Of a stretch of 64,000 nucleotides of DNA, positions 19,294-28,576 are shown piece by piece. The stretch's first letter is position 1, and each line of letters begins with the position of its first letter. The translations under genes were made by a program, and so were the position numbers. Origin of the DNA: an archaeon (GTDB lineage: Archaea; Nanobdellota; Nanobdellia; Pacearchaeales; UBA284); NCBI GenBank assembly GCA_020343435.1, contig CP070794.1, positions 126,413 through 190,412 on the forward strand, written 5' to 3'. The notes beneath the pieces are model-generated. The model searched no databases. It was not told the DNA's origin and saw only the letters and a list, made by a program, of their open reading frames with translations.

Positions 19294-21083
19294 AAAAAAG
19301 AAAGATAAAATCAAGGACCAAGAAAAAAAAAGTGAAGAAAAGAAAAAAGTCTTTCCATGCTCTCTCTGTTCCAAAACCAACTTGGAAAAAACCAATAAAA
19401 GAAACACATGATAAACTTGGTTTTCCAAGTAAAACTGTAGAAATAAAAAAAGTGGGTTCTGTAGTGACAACCCCACAGACAGAAAAAGACAAAAAATTGG
19501 GTTTACCAACAAAGACAGATAAAGAAGAGATACAAGAAATAAAAACCAAGATCAAGGAAAGAATTCAAGTTCATGGAAAGATCATAAAAACATATGATAT
19601 TGATTCTAATAATGTTAAGGTAAAGATATCTATATTAGATACAGAAAAAGGACTATTCTACCAAATAAAAATTCCAGAAATATCTCGTCCAACTCGGGCA
19701 CTTTTAGAGAACATAAAACAAAAATTAATAGGCACTATTGAAATGGGGGCTTCTGAGATAACAGATATTAATGCTATAGAAAAACTAAAACAAAAATTAA
19801 TATCTCGTTCAAAAGACTTATTACAAAGATTCAAATCATCTAGGGATAACATAACTCTTTTAACAAGTATTCTAATTAATGAGATGTTGGGGTTAGGCAA
19901 TATAGAACTTTTAGTTGCAGATCCCCATTTAGAAGAAATAGTTATAGCATCTGCACAAGAACCTGTAAGAGTTTATCATAAAGAATTTGGTTGGTTGCCA
20001 ACGAACATTTATTTAGAAAACGAAAAACAAACTGAAAATTACTCTGCTATAATTGCAAGGCGTGTTGGAAGACAAATTACAACCCTAACTCCAATGTTGG
20101 ATGCTCACCTTGTAACTGGTGATCGTGTAAATGCTGTTTTATATCCTATATGTACAAGAGGGAATACAATAACAATTAGGAAATTTGCAAGAGAACCATG
20201 GACCATTGTGGATTTCATTAATAATAAGACTTGCAGTGCAGACGTTTTTGCGATGATATGGATGGCAATACAATATGAAATGAACATTCTATTTTCTGGT
20301 GGAACAGCCTCTGGAAAAACAACTATGTTGAACGTCTGCACTCCTTTCTTCCCAGCAAATCATAGAATTCTAAGTATTGAAGATACTAGAGAGTTGCAGT
20401 TACCAGAACACTTGTATTGGTCTCCATTAACAACAAGGTTACCAAATCCTGAAGGAAAGGGAGCAGTTACAATGTTGGATCTATTGGTTAATAGTTTAAG
20501 AATGAGGCCAGATAGGATAATTCTTGGAGAGGTAAGAAAACACGAAACAGCAGAAGTACTTTTTGAGGCAATGCATACTGGTCATAGTGTTTATTCTACA
20601 GTTCACGCAAATACATCTTCAGAAACAGTTGCTAGATTAGTAAATCCCCCAATTAGCATTCCTCCAAACTTGTTGAAAGCAGTAGACCTTAATGTTGTAA
20701 TGTTTAGAGAGAGGAGAAGAGGAATAAGAAGAGTCTTTCAATTAACAGAACTAATTCCAGATGAAACTGATAAAAACGGAGTAAAGCCAAATATCCTTTA
20801 TAGATGGGAACCAAGTTCAGATAAGATTATATCTCATGCTTCAACTTTAAGATTCTTTGAAGATATGTCAAGACATACTGGAATGAGTTTTTCTCAGATT
20901 AATAAAGATCTAAAAGAAAAAAAAGAATTTATAGAACATCTTGTGAAAAACAACATCAGAGAGATGAATAGTATAGGAAAAATGATTCAGGATTTCTATC
21001 TTAAAAAAGGAATAAAAGATATAAAAACCAAAAAACCTTCTAAAATTAAGAAAATTAAAAAGAAAAAGAGAAAAAAGAGGTAA
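19290..21083 (+). CDS. type IV pilus/type II secretion assembly ATPase (TadA/FlaI family)
   Basis: TIRKF, GGTASGKTT, SIEDTREL, LRMRPDRIILGEVR, TGHS..STVHA. Confidence 0.93.
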   Translation: MKKRKIKSRTKKKKVKKRKKSFHALSVPKPTWKKPIKETHDKLGFPSKTVEIKKVGSVVTTPQTEKDKKLGLPTKTDKEEIQEIKTKIKERIQVHGKIIKTYDIDSNNVKVKISILDTEKGLFYQIKIPEISRPTRALLENIKQKLIGTIEMGASEITDINAIEKLKQKLISRSKDLLQRFKSSRDNITLLTSILINEMLGLGNIELLVADPHLEEIVIASAQEPVRVYHKEFGWLPTNIYLENEKQTENYSAIIARRVGRQITTLTPMLDAHLVTGDRVNAVLYPICTRGNTITIRKFAREPWTIVDFINNKTCSADVFAMIWMAIQYEMNILFSGGTASGKTTMLNVCTPFFPANHRILSIEDTRELQLPEHLYWSPLTTRLPNPEGKGAVTMLDLLVNSLRMRPDRIILGEVRKHETAEVLFEAMHTGHSVYSTVHANTSSETVARLVNPPISIPPNLLKAVDLNVVMFRERRRGIRRVFQLTELIPDETDKNGVKPNILYRWEPSSDKIISHASTLRFFEDMSRHTGMSFSQINKDLKEKKEFIEHLVKNNIREMNSIGKMIQDFYLKKGIKDIKTKKPSKIKKIKKKKRKKR

Positions 21084-21085
21084 AA

Positions 21086-21967
21086 ATGAAGTTAAGAATT
21101 CCATTTTCTTTTTATCCGCCAAAATTTTTGTATAGGTTCTCAAATGCTTTTCTATCAGTTGGTAAAAAGATGGTTTCTAAAAATAAGAATATGGAGCTAT
21201 ACTTCTCACAATCAGATTTCCCAATAAAACCTGAAAGATATATTGCTGCTTCTATTGCATCAACAATTCTTAATTTAATTATTTTCAGTTTAATCTTTAT
21301 AATAATTTTCAGAGCAGGAGGATCAAATCCTCTTTTTGGATTGCTTATCGGCATAGTAGTTGCAGGGTTCATGTATATGCAGCAATTAAATTATCCTAAG
21401 ATGATAATTTCTAAACGTATAAGAAACATTAATGTTAATATTCTTCCAGCAATCAGAGCTTTAATGATTCAATTAAATGCTGGAATTACATTCTTTAATG
21501 CTTTAAAAAATATAGCAAAAGGAAATTATGGAGTAATTTCAGAAGAATTCCAAAAAGCAATAAACTCTATGGAAGCTGGAGTTCCTGCAGTTGAAGCTCT
21601 TGAAAAAATTTCTAGAAACAATCCTTCGCTCTTCTTCAGAAGAGCTATTTGGCAGATAATAACTGGAATCCAAGTTGGAGCAGATATTTCAATAGTTCTT
21701 AAGGAAATTGTTCATTCATTAGTACAAGAACAAATGACAGAGATACAAGCATATGGAGGGAGGTTGTCTCCATTAGCTATGTTTTATATGGTTATCTCAA
21801 TTATATTCCCAGCATTAGGGATAACATTTTTGATGATATTATCTACATTTATACAAGGTCTTGGACAAAATTACCAGTTGATACTTTTCGGAATATTAGC
21901 ATTAGTTATTTTATTCCAGTTTATATTTTTGGGAATGATAAAATCAAGGAGGCCGCCACTGATATAA
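21086..21967 (+). CDS. type II secretion system F-family (TadB/TadC-like) membrane platform protein
   Basis: YGVISEEF, ALEKIS..NPS.FFRRAIWQ; multiple TM segments. Confidence 0.88.
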   Translation: MKLRIPFSFYPPKFLYRFSNAFLSVGKKMVSKNKNMELYFSQSDFPIKPERYIAASIASTILNLIIFSLIFIIIFRAGGSNPLFGLLIGIVVAGFMYMQQLNYPKMIISKRIRNINVNILPAIRALMIQLNAGITFFNALKNIAKGNYGVISEEFQKAINSMEAGVPAVEALEKISRNNPSLFFRRAIWQIITGIQVGADISIVLKEIVHSLVQEQMTEIQAYGGRLSPLAMFYMVISIIFPALGITFLMILSTFIQGLGQNYQLILFGILALVILFQFIFLGMIKSRRPPLI

Positions 21968-21968
21968 A

Positions 21969-22934
21969 ATGAGATTATTTGCAAGATTTTCACCAAAGTT
22001 CACAGAAAAGATAGAAAAGCTAGTAGAATATGCTAATGTTAAAAAGAATCCTAGAGAACTTGCAGGGATGATTATTTTCATAAGTCTAGTAATTGCTGTA
22101 GTTGCGTTTGTAGCATTATTCTTGTTTGTTGGGTGGATATACTCCATTCCAGTAGCAGTTGTAATTTATTTTGTGGTTCCATTAATCTTCCAGTTAATGC
22201 TTGTTCTAAAAGCAGATAAAAGAGCTTCCCAAGCAGAAGAAGCACTACCAGATGCTTTGCAATTAATGGCAACAAACTTGAGAGCAGGATTAACAACAGA
22301 TAAAGCACTTTTAGTTTCAGCAAGAGAAGAGTTTGGGGTACTTAATGAAGAATTTAAGCGGGTTGCAAAAGAGATTGCTGTGGGAAAAGAGATAACAGAG
22401 TCATTAAAAAGAATGTCAGAAAGAATACATTCAGATCTTGTAGAAAGAACTTTAAGTCTAATAATTTTTGGAATAATTTCTGGAGGAGAATTAGCATCAT
22501 TACTCGAAGAATCTGCTGCAAGCCTAAGACAACAAAGTCTAACAAGAAAACAAATTCATGCAAGTGTCTTAATGTATACTATTTTCATAATTGTTGCAGT
22601 GGCAGCTATTTCTCCTCTACTCTTTGGATTAAGTTCTGTTCTTACAGAAACTATGCAAGAAACTATTGGATCTATAGAAGCTCCGCCTCCAGAAGTTACT
22701 TCTCAGGTTCCATTATCCATCTCGCCAGTAGACATAGATGTTGGTTTGATAAGGATATTTATAATAATACTATTAGTAGTAAGTGCTATCCTAAGTTCTC
22801 TGGTTTTAGGACTAATATCTAAAGGTAATGAAAAAGCGGGATTAAAATATATACCAATATTAATGATAATCTCTTTAGTGGTGTTCTTTGTAGTAAGAAC
22901 TGGAATTGTAAAACTTCTGGAGATGTTTTTCTAG
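21969..22934 (+). CDS. type II secretion system F-family (TadB/TadC-like) membrane platform protein
   Basis: LPDALQLMATNLRAG, FGVLNEEF, SGGELASLL. Confidence 0.9.
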   Translation: MRLFARFSPKFTEKIEKLVEYANVKKNPRELAGMIIFISLVIAVVAFVALFLFVGWIYSIPVAVVIYFVVPLIFQLMLVLKADKRASQAEEALPDALQLMATNLRAGLTTDKALLVSAREEFGVLNEEFKRVAKEIAVGKEITESLKRMSERIHSDLVERTLSLIIFGIISGGELASLLEESAASLRQQSLTRKQIHASVLMYTIFIIVAVAAISPLLFGLSSVLTETMQETIGSIEAPPPEVTSQVPLSISPVDIDVGLIRIFIIILLVVSAILSSLVLGLISKGNEKAGLKYIPILMIISLVVFFVVRTGIVKLLEMFF

Positions 22935-22973
22935 GACAGAAAAGAATTTAAATCTTAAAATAGAAAGAATAAC

Positions 22974-23732
22974 ATGGTAAAAAAGAAAAAAGGGGTAAAG
23001 AAGAAAGTTAAGAAGATAATTAAAAAAAATGAAAAGATAGAAACAGGGATCCCGGCTTTTGATAAGATTAGTAAGGGGGGATTTAATGAAGAATCTGTTA
23101 ATTTAATTGTTGGTGGAGCTGGAGCTGGTAAAACTATTTTTTCTATAAAATTCTTAATGGAAGGAATGATCAAAGGAGAAACTTGTCTGTACATTACTTT
23201 TGAGGAAAAGAAAGATGAATTATATAAGAACATGCTGTCTTTTGGATGGGATTTAGCAGATTATGAAAAAAAAGGTAAGTTTATCTTTGTGGAATATACT
23301 CCTGAGAAAGTTAGAAAAATGCTTCAAGAAGGTGGGGGGGCTTTAGAAAGTCTTATGTACAGTAAAAAAATAAGTAGGCTTGTGATAGATAGTGTAACTT
23401 CCTTTACCCTACTTTTTGAAGGGGAATTGGCAAAAAGAGAGGCAGCTCTTTCATTATTTGATATGACTAGAAGATGGAAAACAACTGTATTACTAACGTC
23501 AGAAAGAGAATTAACAAAAAAAGATTTAACATCTGGGACAAGTTCAGCTCTAGAATTCGAAGCAGATTCTATAATATTACTTTATTTCTTAAGAGAGGGC
23601 GGGGAAAGAAAGAGGTTGATAGAAGTCCTTAAAATGAGAGGAACCCAACACTCTAAAAGCCTTTATCCTTTTCAAATAACTAGTAAGGGTGTTGAGATAA
23701 GTAGTAAAGCTAAGAAAATAAATCTAAAATAA
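22974..23732 (+). CDS. KaiC/RAD55-like RecA-superfamily ATPase
   Basis: TGIPAFD, GGAGAGKT, YITFEE, RLVIDS, EVLKMRGT. Confidence 0.9.
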   Translation: MVKKKKGVKKKVKKIIKKNEKIETGIPAFDKISKGGFNEESVNLIVGGAGAGKTIFSIKFLMEGMIKGETCLYITFEEKKDELYKNMLSFGWDLADYEKKGKFIFVEYTPEKVRKMLQEGGGALESLMYSKKISRLVIDSVTSFTLLFEGELAKREAALSLFDMTRRWKTTVLLTSERELTKKDLTSGTSSALEFEADSIILLYFLREGGERKRLIEVLKMRGTQHSKSLYPFQITSKGVEISSKAKKINLK

Positions 23733-24137
23733 TCAAACATCAACCACACATTCTACAATCCAACTCTTTTTTTTGTAAATTTTTAACCCAGAATAAGTTG
23801 CTGCCTTAACTTCTGTTCTTAATTGATGTTCTTTTTTTATTTTTTCTCCAAAAGCAAAACCTTGTAATTTGTTTTTATCTAATCTAGTTATCTTAAATTT
23901 TGAGAACAACATATTTTTCAAAGAGGATTGGCTTAGTAAGGCATTTAACCATTCAATAAAGAGTTCTTCCTTATTTTCTGCTTTACAAGAAATCTTAATT
24001 TTTTTGGAAGCTTTAATTTTTTTTATGTTTGCTTGAACAGAAAACATAGCTTTCGCAGCTTCTGTAAAAGCTTCTTTTACAGTTTTTCCCTTACCTCTAA
24101 TTCCAATGTCTGCTTTATGTTCAAAAGTTTCATGCAT
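23733..24137 (-). CDS. archease
   Basis: EHKADIGIR...EVKAATY...VDV. Confidence 0.93.
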   Translation of the reverse strand: MHETFEHKADIGIRGKGKTVKEAFTEAAKAMFSVQANIKKIKASKKIKISCKAENKEELFIEWLNALLSQSSLKNMLFSKFKITRLDKNKLQGFAFGEKIKKEHQLRTEVKAATYSGLKIYKKKSWIVECVVDV

Positions 24138-24138
24138 T

Positions 24139-24507
24139 TTAATCTCTTAACCAAACATATGCTATAAATTTTTGGGTGTTTCCACTTTCCCAAACAAAAA
24201 AAGTTGAAGAACCAATTTCTTTTTCTAAGTTGGGAGGACTACATTTAGGATCACATTTTCTTATAGAGACGTCAAACCTTGTATGATTTATTTTTTCTTT
24301 TAATTTGGAATTTAAATCTTCAACATTTGTTAATAAAGATCCTCTCTCAGTAGTTGTCGCTTCTTCAACAACATAATCTAAAACAGAACTTGTATCTATA
24401 GATGTACTCCCTGGTTGTCTTGACATAGATATGAATAAAAAACTAAACATGATTAGAACTGCTATAACAACTTCTATAACTAAAAGCCAACCTTTTTTAT
24501 TCACCAT
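24139..24507 (-). CDS. pilin-like protein with class III signal peptide
   Basis: KKG-WLLVIEVVIAVLI. Confidence 0.75.
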   Translation of the reverse strand: MVNKKGWLLVIEVVIAVLIMFSFLFISMSRQPGSTSIDTSSVLDYVVEEATTTERGSLLTNVEDLNSKLKEKINHTRFDVSIRKCDPKCSPPNLEKEIGSSTFFVWESGNTQKFIAYVWLRD

Positions 24508-25190
24508 ATTCTCATATTCACCAATGCTTCCTGAACATTGGCATTTTCATCTATTATTTTAATTTTGAATTCTTTAGCATAAACTCTAACATCAAATGGC
24601 TCAAATTCTGTAATATTAAACAAAATTTCTTCTCCTTGTTTGATTATAATTGAAAAATCTCTATCAAAACCAAGTTGTTTTCTGAATTCTCTGTAATCTT
24701 TGGAATAATTCTCCCTAAACTCTTCTAATTTATCATAAAAAACAAATTCTTCTTCTTTGATAAAGGAATAGCTGTAATCTTCAGTTGGATCACATGTTGG
24801 TCCTGAAGAAACACTCTCAAAGTATTCTGAAAAGAATAAACTATATTTACCAGAACCATGGCTCCCTACATGAATATTATTGCTTGAATCAAAATTAAAA
24901 TCAATAACAGAACCCCCTTCTTTGATAATCAAATTATCCGGAGAACCCTGAAAATTAGTATTAAAAGGAACATTAAAACAAGTTTTAGTAGTGGTAATTG
25001 TAAGATTAGCTATTTTAACTGGAATCTCTGTTCTTTCTCTAAATTCTTTTTCTAGAAGAAGAAAAGAATTACCTTCATTAGATCTTAAAGAAAAATGTGA
25101 GATATATAAAACAGCCAAAACACATATAATAAATATACTTACAGCAATTACATATTCTACATGATGAACACCTTTTTTATTTTTCATCAT
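24501..25190 (-). CDS. pilin-like protein with class III signal peptide
   Basis: KKG-VHHVEYVIAVSIF. Confidence 0.75.
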   Translation of the reverse strand: MMKNKKGVHHVEYVIAVSIFIICVLAVLYISHFSLRSNEGNSFLLLEKEFRERTEIPVKIANLTITTTKTCFNVPFNTNFQGSPDNLIIKEGGSVIDFNFDSSNNIHVGSHGSGKYSLFFSEYFESVSSGPTCDPTEDYSYSFIKEEEFVFYDKLEEFRENYSKDYREFRKQLGFDRDFSIIIKQGEEILFNITEFEPFDVRVYAKEFKIKIIDENANVQEALVNMRIW

Positions 25191-26515
25191 AATCTTTTTT
25201 TGATTTTTATAGCAGTAGGAGCTTCACCACCATGCCATGTAAATCTTGGCCTAACTCTCATAGGATAAATTCTTTCAGAATTATCATCTAAAATTATTGC
25301 TGATCCTTTAAGTCTTGGTAAATTATCAATATATGTTTTAATATCTGCAGCCAGATAGCTCTGCATAATGTAATTCAAAGCATCAACATCTGGTTTAGCT
25401 GTAACTCTGTGAGATATGACTACATCAGATTGAGTCATAACATCTTTATGAATCTGTCCTGGTTGTTGGGTTGCTAAGACCAAGGAAATACCTGGTTGTC
25501 TTCCTTCTCTTAAAATTTGAATTAAAGCGTCTGTTGCAGCTGTTTTTCCTTCAACTGGTAAGAATTCGTGAGCTTCATCTATAGCCATCCAAACTAATGG
25601 CATCTCTCTTTTCTCTTTATAATGTAAGTAATCTAAACCATGTCTTACTCCTTCAACTTCCTCATGTTTTCTTGCTTCCATTCTTTGATTAAATATTTTT
25701 TTAGAAACTAATCCTATTACTAAAGCCCTAACATTGAAAGATCCAATACTGCTATAACAACTTAAATCTAAAATTGTTGTACTCCCTGCCTTAACTAACT
25801 CTTCAACTTTGGTCCCTTCTTCTTTTTTTGGTGCAAAAACTCCCCAAGTATCTGCTCCTTCAAATAAGTTTATAGCAGCATCTTTTTCATGTTTAGCAGC
25901 ACGAGTATCTTTTTGTATAGCTTTAACAATATCTTTTATATCAAAATCTCTAATTCTATTGTTTTCTAGTTCATCTAACAATAATTGAACATTTCTTTCA
26001 ACAACAAGTGCAACAGGATCTATGAATTCCAATCCAAAAGTAATAATCCAATCATCTATACTAATATCAGAGACTTTTAATGCAAATGGTTTGGTTGCAA
26101 CAATTCCTTTTTCTTTGTATTTTTTAAAATAACCAAAAGGGACATAAACTTTAACAGGCAATTTTTTAGAGTCTATCCCCCATTGTTTTAACAATGCAGC
26201 TTCTTTTTCATTTTTATGAGACATTGTCCAGAAGATTCCCATAGTATCAAAAATTAAGAAAGATAAATTTTGTGAGATTTCTTTATCTAAATCTGCTAAT
26301 TCTTCTGCAATAACCCCAATTGAATAAGATTTTCCTGAACCTCTTTTACCAGCTATTAGGATTACATGACTTCTGGCAATATCCACAAGAACCCGATTAC
26401 TTAAACTAGTAACATGCCCCATTTTAACATAATGTTTTCCTAAATAGATCAAAGCTTCTTTACCAAATCTCTTTTTATCTGCCTCATCTCTACCAATAAC
26501 AATATCTTCTGGCAT
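25187..26515 (-). CDS. HerA/FtsK-superfamily ATPase (DUF87-like)
   Basis: GKRGSGKS, IDEAHEFLP, REGRQPG.SLVLATQQP. Confidence 0.88.
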   Translation of the reverse strand: MPEDIVIGRDEADKKRFGKEALIYLGKHYVKMGHVTSLSNRVLVDIARSHVILIAGKRGSGKSYSIGVIAEELADLDKEISQNLSFLIFDTMGIFWTMSHKNEKEAALLKQWGIDSKKLPVKVYVPFGYFKKYKEKGIVATKPFALKVSDISIDDWIITFGLEFIDPVALVVERNVQLLLDELENNRIRDFDIKDIVKAIQKDTRAAKHEKDAAINLFEGADTWGVFAPKKEEGTKVEELVKAGSTTILDLSCYSSIGSFNVRALVIGLVSKKIFNQRMEARKHEEVEGVRHGLDYLHYKEKREMPLVWMAIDEAHEFLPVEGKTAATDALIQILREGRQPGISLVLATQQPGQIHKDVMTQSDVVISHRVTAKPDVDALNYIMQSYLAADIKTYIDNLPRLKGSAIILDDNSERIYPMRVRPRFTWHGGEAPTAIKIKKRL

Positions 26516-26606
26516 TTCATACCTCTTTTTACCTCTATAAAAAACACAACTAACTTATAAATCTTGCGAACAAAAGATTTATAAGCCAGGAGTTCCTGAA
26601 GTAAAA

Positions 26607-28082
26607 ATGGCTGAGGAGACTGAGAAAAAAGAAGTAAAAACTACTAAAAAAGTTAAGAGAAAGAGAATTAATTGGACAAAGTTAGGGATAGTTATTGTAA
26701 TTGTAGCTTTTATCTTAATATTCTTATGGCCAGGAGGAATTCTTTTATCTGAGCCAGGACAAGCTACAAGATATGTTAACACATCTTATGATGTTTTTGT
26801 TGGAGATCAAATAATAGATACAGGTTCTGGAAATATAAGAGAGGGGACATTATCTGGATCCATAGGATTTATTTCTGATAAATTAGATCAAGAAATAACA
26901 AATATGCAACCTGGTGAAGATAAGAATATTACCTTAACAGCAACAGAAGCTTTTGGAACTTGTGATTCCTCTAATAATTTTGAATATGATAGAAAACAAG
27001 AAATAGAAAGAGAGCAAGATATAAACAGAACAAGAAATGTAACATTAGCTATCTTTACACAAATGTTTGAAGAAGAACCAGAAGTTGGAGAAGTTTATGA
27101 AACTCCCTTAGCAGAATGGAAGTACAAGGTCTTAGAAATTTTTGATAATGAATTAACTCTAAGCATTGAAACTGAACTTGGAAAGGAGTTTCCAGCAGGT
27201 TATTATGGGGTCCTAAAAGTTAAAACAATAACTGATGATAAGATTACTCTAAGATTGGAAGGGGAAGATTCTATAGTTCCTAGTGAAGTAGGGAATATTG
27301 AAATTGAATTTAAAGAAGACGTTGTTGTTAGCACATTAACTCCAGAAATTGGAGCAGAAATTCAATTACCTAACTTACCTAAAGCAAGAGTAATAGAATT
27401 AACTGAAGACACTATAAAATTAACAACAAATCATCAGTACTGTGATCAGGAAGTTATAGTTTCAATTAAAGTTTTAGGAAGATCAACTCAGACCACCTCT
27501 ACAGGAGGACCCATACAACATATTGAAGGAGCTCCAACATTAGAATTCTATATCATGAGCTACTGTCCTTATGGATTACAAATGTTAAAGGGAGTGTTGC
27601 CAGTTTGGAAACAATTCCAAAGTCATGCAAATATAGAATTAAGATTTGTTAATTATATTTTACACGGTCAAGAAGAACAAGATGAAAATGCAAGAATGAC
27701 TTGTATAAGAGAAGAACAATCTGATAAATTAATAGATTACTTAACTTGTTTTGTTGAGAATGGAGATTATGAGAGATGCATGGTGCAAACAGGAGTTGAT
27801 TCAGCTGAAGTAGAATCTTGTATAGATGAAAGATATGATACTTACTTTGTAGAAGATAATGCTAGAAATGAACAATATGGAGTAAAGGGATCTCCAACAG
27901 TGGTATTAAATGGTGAAGTAATTGAATTATGGCCAAGAAGCCCATCAAATGTAGCTAAAGCAATATGTGATGCTTTTGATTCAAAACCAGATGTTTGTGA
28001 TTTAACATTTAGTGAAGAAAATCCAACAGCAGGGTTTGGGGGGAGTACTGGAGGATCTGGTGGTTCTGGTGGAAGCTGTTAA
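26607..28082 (+). CDS. membrane-anchored FKBP-like domain + thioredoxin-fold (CPYG) protein
   Basis: N-terminal TM; LDQEITNMQPGEDKNITL...EAFG and NH.Y FKBP/SlyD-like segments; FYIMSYCPYG and GVKGSPT. Confidence 0.75.
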   Translation: MAEETEKKEVKTTKKVKRKRINWTKLGIVIVIVAFILIFLWPGGILLSEPGQATRYVNTSYDVFVGDQIIDTGSGNIREGTLSGSIGFISDKLDQEITNMQPGEDKNITLTATEAFGTCDSSNNFEYDRKQEIEREQDINRTRNVTLAIFTQMFEEEPEVGEVYETPLAEWKYKVLEIFDNELTLSIETELGKEFPAGYYGVLKVKTITDDKITLRLEGEDSIVPSEVGNIEIEFKEDVVVSTLTPEIGAEIQLPNLPKARVIELTEDTIKLTTNHQYCDQEVIVSIKVLGRSTQTTSTGGPIQHIEGAPTLEFYIMSYCPYGLQMLKGVLPVWKQFQSHANIELRFVNYILHGQEEQDENARMTCIREEQSDKLIDYLTCFVENGDYERCMVQTGVDSAEVESCIDERYDTYFVEDNARNEQYGVKGSPTVVLNGEVIELWPRSPSNVAKAICDAFDSKPDVCDLTFSEENPTAGFGGSTGGSGGSGGSC

Positions 28083-28085
28083 TAT

Positions 28086-28535
28086 CTAACGATATTCTTT
28101 CTTTAGGATTGTTACTCCATTTTTCTCGTTAATAAAGGCTTCTTTATTAAACAGCTTTGAAAATTCTAAAAACTTTTCTATTAAACTATCACCAAATTCC
28201 TTTTTTTGTTCTTTGATAAATTCTATTTGTTTTTTCTCTTGAATTTTTAAGTTTTTATCACTTGTTTTTCTGAGAAATTCAAAGGTAAGCATGATAAAAA
28301 AACGTTTTTTAAAATGATCATATTTTTTTAAACCAGGAACTTTATTAGCTATTTTTAAAAGATAGTTTATAGCTTCTTCATCATAATTATAGATATCTTT
28401 ATCCACTCTCATAGATAGGACTACTTCTTTTCCCTCCTTAAGATTACCTTCTTTAACTACGCTAGAAGGAACCCTTATACATAAAGAGTTACCTTGTTTA
28501 ACCAATCTATTTGTAAAATCTATCTGAATTTTCAT
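28086..28535 (-). CDS. AbrB/MazE/SpoVT-like DNA-binding protein with C-terminal helical extension
   Basis: LVKQGNSLCIRVP..VVK...LKEG.EV. Confidence 0.8.
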   Translation of the reverse strand: MKIQIDFTNRLVKQGNSLCIRVPSSVVKEGNLKEGKEVVLSMRVDKDIYNYDEEAINYLLKIANKVPGLKKYDHFKKRFFIMLTFEFLRKTSDKNLKIQEKKQIEFIKEQKKEFGDSLIEKFLEFSKLFNKEAFINEKNGVTILKKEYR

Positions 28536-28536
28536 T

Positions 28537-28554
28537 GTAATTACATGTAATTAC
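28537..28554. promoter_or_regulatory. perfect 18-bp palindrome, putative autoregulatory operator
   Basis: GTAATTACATGTAATTAC is its own reverse complement and lies between a minus-strand TATA (TTTTTAAATA) and the AbrB-like ATG. Confidence 0.7.
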
Positions 28555-28576
28555 TATTTAAAAAGCTTTCGATTAA

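Noticed and set aside
18240..19555. Long Phe/Ser/Leu-rich minus-strand ORFs
   Set aside because: Antisense shadows of K/E/R-rich coding sequence; the same applies to 554-982, 2295-2750, 57976-58314 and the other antisense ORFs
19290..23732. Archaellum (flaI/flaJ/flaH) operon
   Set aside because: Two separate TadB/C-type genes, no archaellin-type N-termini, and no flaF/flaG or chemotaxis genes in the window
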